A DNA stretch of 57,191 bases from a virus (taxonomy: Duplodnaviria; Caudoviricetes), in the IMG/VR virus record IMGVR_UViG_3300024262_000034, positions 1 through 57,191 of that record; one strand, written 5' to 3'. Positions within the stretch are counted from its first letter, which is position 1. Each line of letters starts with the position of its first letter. The notes under the pieces are model-generated. The model made no database searches. It saw only the letters and a program-made list of their open reading frames with translations, and was not told where the DNA came from. Shown here one piece after another: positions 55,169 to 57,191 of the stretch. The position numbers were made by a program, and so were the translations under genes.

Positions 55169-55753
55169 TTAGCTAGATTTACCAGCAGCATAGAACACTG
55201 GAATGGCATTCGCCGGAACCAGAGCCACAGTCAGTGCGGCTGTAGAAACACCCTCATCCACAATCGCTCCGACCATACCCGCAATGCTAATTGTCGGATC
55301 ACGCCAATCATCACTATCCACCGGGGGTAAGAACTCGACCGTGACAATGTGATCACCAAGATCATCACCACCGGAACCCGTTGCAATCGTTAAGTTCGGG
55401 GTTAAGTATGATGCGTTGTCAATTGCCGAAGCATTCAACAGAATAACCATGGCAGCAGCAGCATCATCTACACCATCCGTCACAAGCATGGTATGGGCTG
55501 CATCCACAACCACAGCACCAGTCGTTGGATGAACAACCTTAACATGCAAACGCCAACCAGTCCACGCCGTACCAACCACGGCAGCCGTAGCAGTCGCCCC
55601 ATCCCACAACTCATCGCCACCACCGGCAATTGCCTGAGCAGCGAGCTTGGCATCCGCAGCATCCTCAGCCCATACAACAACAGAATCCACGTTATCTTTC
55701 AGGGTTCGTCCTGAAGTTACCGCAGGTTCAACAACAAAAATCGAAGCAGCCAT
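55169..55753 (-). CDS. Virion structural protein, probable head decoration
   Basis: Directly after the capsid gene, Ala/Val/Asp-rich, with VVxAxDAADA and DDLGD motifs. Confidence 0.65.
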   Translation of the reverse strand: MAASIFVVEPAVTSGRTLKDNVDSVVVWAEDAADAKLAAQAIAGGGDELWDGATATAAVVGTAWTGWRLHVKVVHPTTGAVVVDAAHTMLVTDGVDDAAAAMVILLNASAIDNASYLTPNLTIATGSGGDDLGDHIVTVEFLPPVDSDDWRDPTISIAGMVGAIVDEGVSTAALTVALVPANAIPVFYAAGKSS

Positions 55754-55797
55754 AATAGCCCTTTCTTTTTAGAATAAATGTTATAACTAAATAAAGT

Positions 55798-55828
55798 TTT
55801 ATAGTGCGGAATTTAACCGCACTATAAA
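55798..55828. terminator. Hairpin after the major capsid gene
   Basis: 12-bp inverted repeat TTTATAGTGCGG / CCGCACTATAAA. Confidence 0.65.
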
Positions 55829-55838
55829 TTATTTTTAC

Positions 55839-56762
55839 TTAGTTAGTAATACCATCGGCGTAAGCAATAGCTTTTTCGCTGAACAGAGCCAGACCGCAAT
55901 ACCACTTGACACGCCAGATATGCTCATCCTTGGTTTCACTGACTCCGGCATCTTCGACCTGAATACCAGCAGCATTGGCCGCAGTTAAACCGGCGAGGCC
56001 AACCTTCTGGCTACCATCGTCGAAACAGCCAGCAAAAATATAGCCACAAACACCGGTTGAAGTTCCTTTGTCGTCATCAATCGGAATCCAATCATTGCGA
56101 AATACCGGCACACCGCTATACGCAATAACTTTTCCACCATCAGGAAGTTCAAACGTCTCATCAATCGAAGCCCCGCCAAGAGCACGAAGGGCCGACCGGT
56201 AAGAACGACGAGTACGGGCATTCATGCAGAAATAATCAACCTGTCCATCCTTGGCCGTAACCAAGTCCATCAGTTCGTCCATGATGGGGAAGGTAAAGAC
56301 CGAACCGTTTGCACCCGTATCAACCTGTTGGCCAGCCGCCGTAAGGTTCAAAAGGCCATCAAACTGATCCGACGCACCAGTACCATTGATTAACATGTCC
56401 TGATATTTACGACCAGCAGATTTTGCTTTGGATGCAACCTGAATAGCCGTCTGGTCATTACCAGAGTTTGACATCGTGGCTTGAATCAGCCCATTAACTT
56501 CAGCATCACCGATGATCGTAGTCAAGCTGGAAGTGACCTGAGTAAAGGTCGCAGCCGCTTTACCAGCAATCGTCCCACCAACTGGCTCAACATCTACATC
56601 ACCGAGAGCGTTCTCCCGGCTATAGCTGATTGCATTGCCGGAAATTGCCTGAAAAGGCAAGACTTGAAACATTTGGTTGACGGTAATAACATTCTCAATC
56701 ACACCGGCAACAAGGGGATTTTGCGACAATTTAGCCGCTTCAACAAGAGTTACAGAAGCCAT
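55839..56762 (-). CDS. Major capsid protein (HK97 fold)
   Basis: MASVTLxEAAKL...LxAGVIE, LPF...GN...YxRE and RVKWYCGLA motifs, as in YuA-like capsid proteins. Confidence 0.93.
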   Translation of the reverse strand: MASVTLVEAAKLSQNPLVAGVIENVITVNQMFQVLPFQAISGNAISYSRENALGDVDVEPVGGTIAGKAAATFTQVTSSLTTIIGDAEVNGLIQATMSNSGNDQTAIQVASKAKSAGRKYQDMLINGTGASDQFDGLLNLTAAGQQVDTGANGSVFTFPIMDELMDLVTAKDGQVDYFCMNARTRRSYRSALRALGGASIDETFELPDGGKVIAYSGVPVFRNDWIPIDDDKGTSTGVCGYIFAGCFDDGSQKVGLAGLTAANAAGIQVEDAGVSETKDEHIWRVKWYCGLALFSEKAIAYADGITN

Positions 56763-56803
56763 AAGTAATCCTTTCTAATTTTTAAGGTTCAACAACTACA
56801 TAG

Positions 56804-56863
56804 CAATGATTTCGGATCACCCTAATAACATTGTTGGACCGTGGATCACCCATAGTCCGATAA
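56804..56863 (-). promoter_or_regulatory. Capsid 5' leader with twin GGGUGAUCC-capped hairpins and a GTCCGATAA box
   Basis: GGATCACCC at 56814-56822 and 56843-56851 within stems. CATAGTCCGATAA at 56851-56863. Confidence 0.5.
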
Positions 56864-56871
56864 CTATCAAC

Positions 56872-56929
56872 AGTATATCACAAAAATGAGAAAAGTCAAG
56901 TAAAAAATTTAAATTTCTTGACTTTTCTC
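56872..56929 (-). promoter_or_regulatory. Capsid promoter TTGACT-N16-TATACT whose -35 lies in a 13-bp inverted repeat
   Basis: GAGAAAAGTCAAG (56888-56900) / CTTGACTTTTCTC (56917-56929). Confidence 0.65.
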
Positions 56930-56937
56930 CTAAGTGT

Positions 56938-57191
56938 TTATTTACCAGCCATTTGTGCAAGACCTTGAGAAATCTTATCCACCGAAGAAGCCTCACCCGT
57001 GTTCAAGGTTCTCCGGCCATCCACCGGATTTGCTCCACCACCGGGGCGTTTGTCTGATTTAAACAAATAATCATGCTTGCCAGAACTTTTCAAATCTTCC
57101 GCAAATTCAGCAACCGTCTTGTGCTCTCCAGCCCCATTAAACGCTACTTCACCATTGGCATCCAAAACTCGTGGTACAATACGACCATCAG
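56938..57191 (-). CDS. Capsid scaffolding protein, C-terminal part (5' end outside the window)
   Basis: LFKS...GGG...KIxxGL C-terminus immediately before the capsid gene. Confidence 0.72.
   Translation of the reverse strand, partial: DGRIVPRVLDANGEVAFNGAGEHKTVAEFAEDLKSSGKHDYLFKSDKRPGGGANPVDGRRTLNTGEASSVDKISQGLAQMAGK

Noticed and set aside
3515-56768. Numerous plus-strand ORFs in the six-frame track
   Set aside because: Nearly all are antisense shadows of well-supported minus-strand genes, without RBS or recognisable motifs.
1-57191. Prophage, integrase or alternative genetic code
   Set aside because: No host genes, att-linked recombinase or repressor were recognised, and long genes translate intact with the standard code.

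Overview
This window is most of a tailed dsDNA phage genome (siphovirus). Essentially all credible genes are on the minus strand. Read right to left, the order is: partial scaffold, major capsid protein, head accessory genes, neck and tail genes with a GTA/YuA-like tail tip, a holin-like gene, a T5 A1-like metallophosphoesterase, then replication and nucleotide genes (dNMP kinase, SNF2 helicase, SSB-like protein, ThyX, RecD/Dda-like helicase, class II RNR, two HD proteins, Rnl2-type ligase, PolA, dCMP deaminase, resolvase, primase-helicase). These are followed by a SpeD-DUF3326 pair, a kinase plus NDT-like pair, and about 14 kb of small AT-rich early-type genes. Gene order and content resemble YuA/M6-like phages, but no thymidine-hypermodification genes are visible. 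Terminase and portal probably lie beyond the right edge. No integrase, tRNA, CRISPR array or canonical endolysin was seen. Most notable: (1) a small gene resembling a Planctomycetota-conserved protein, which hints at the host; (2) two candidate SAM-consuming enzymes, a T3 SAMase-like lyase and an orphan SpeD coupled to DUF3326; (3) three related non-coding repeat modules sharing GTCCGATAA and GCTTCCCTAAA motifs, two of them with promoters firing into the repeats; (4) anti-Shine-Dalgarno plus hairpin 3' elements and a gene cassette bounded by direct repeats. All family assignments come from motif recognition and recall, not from database searches.
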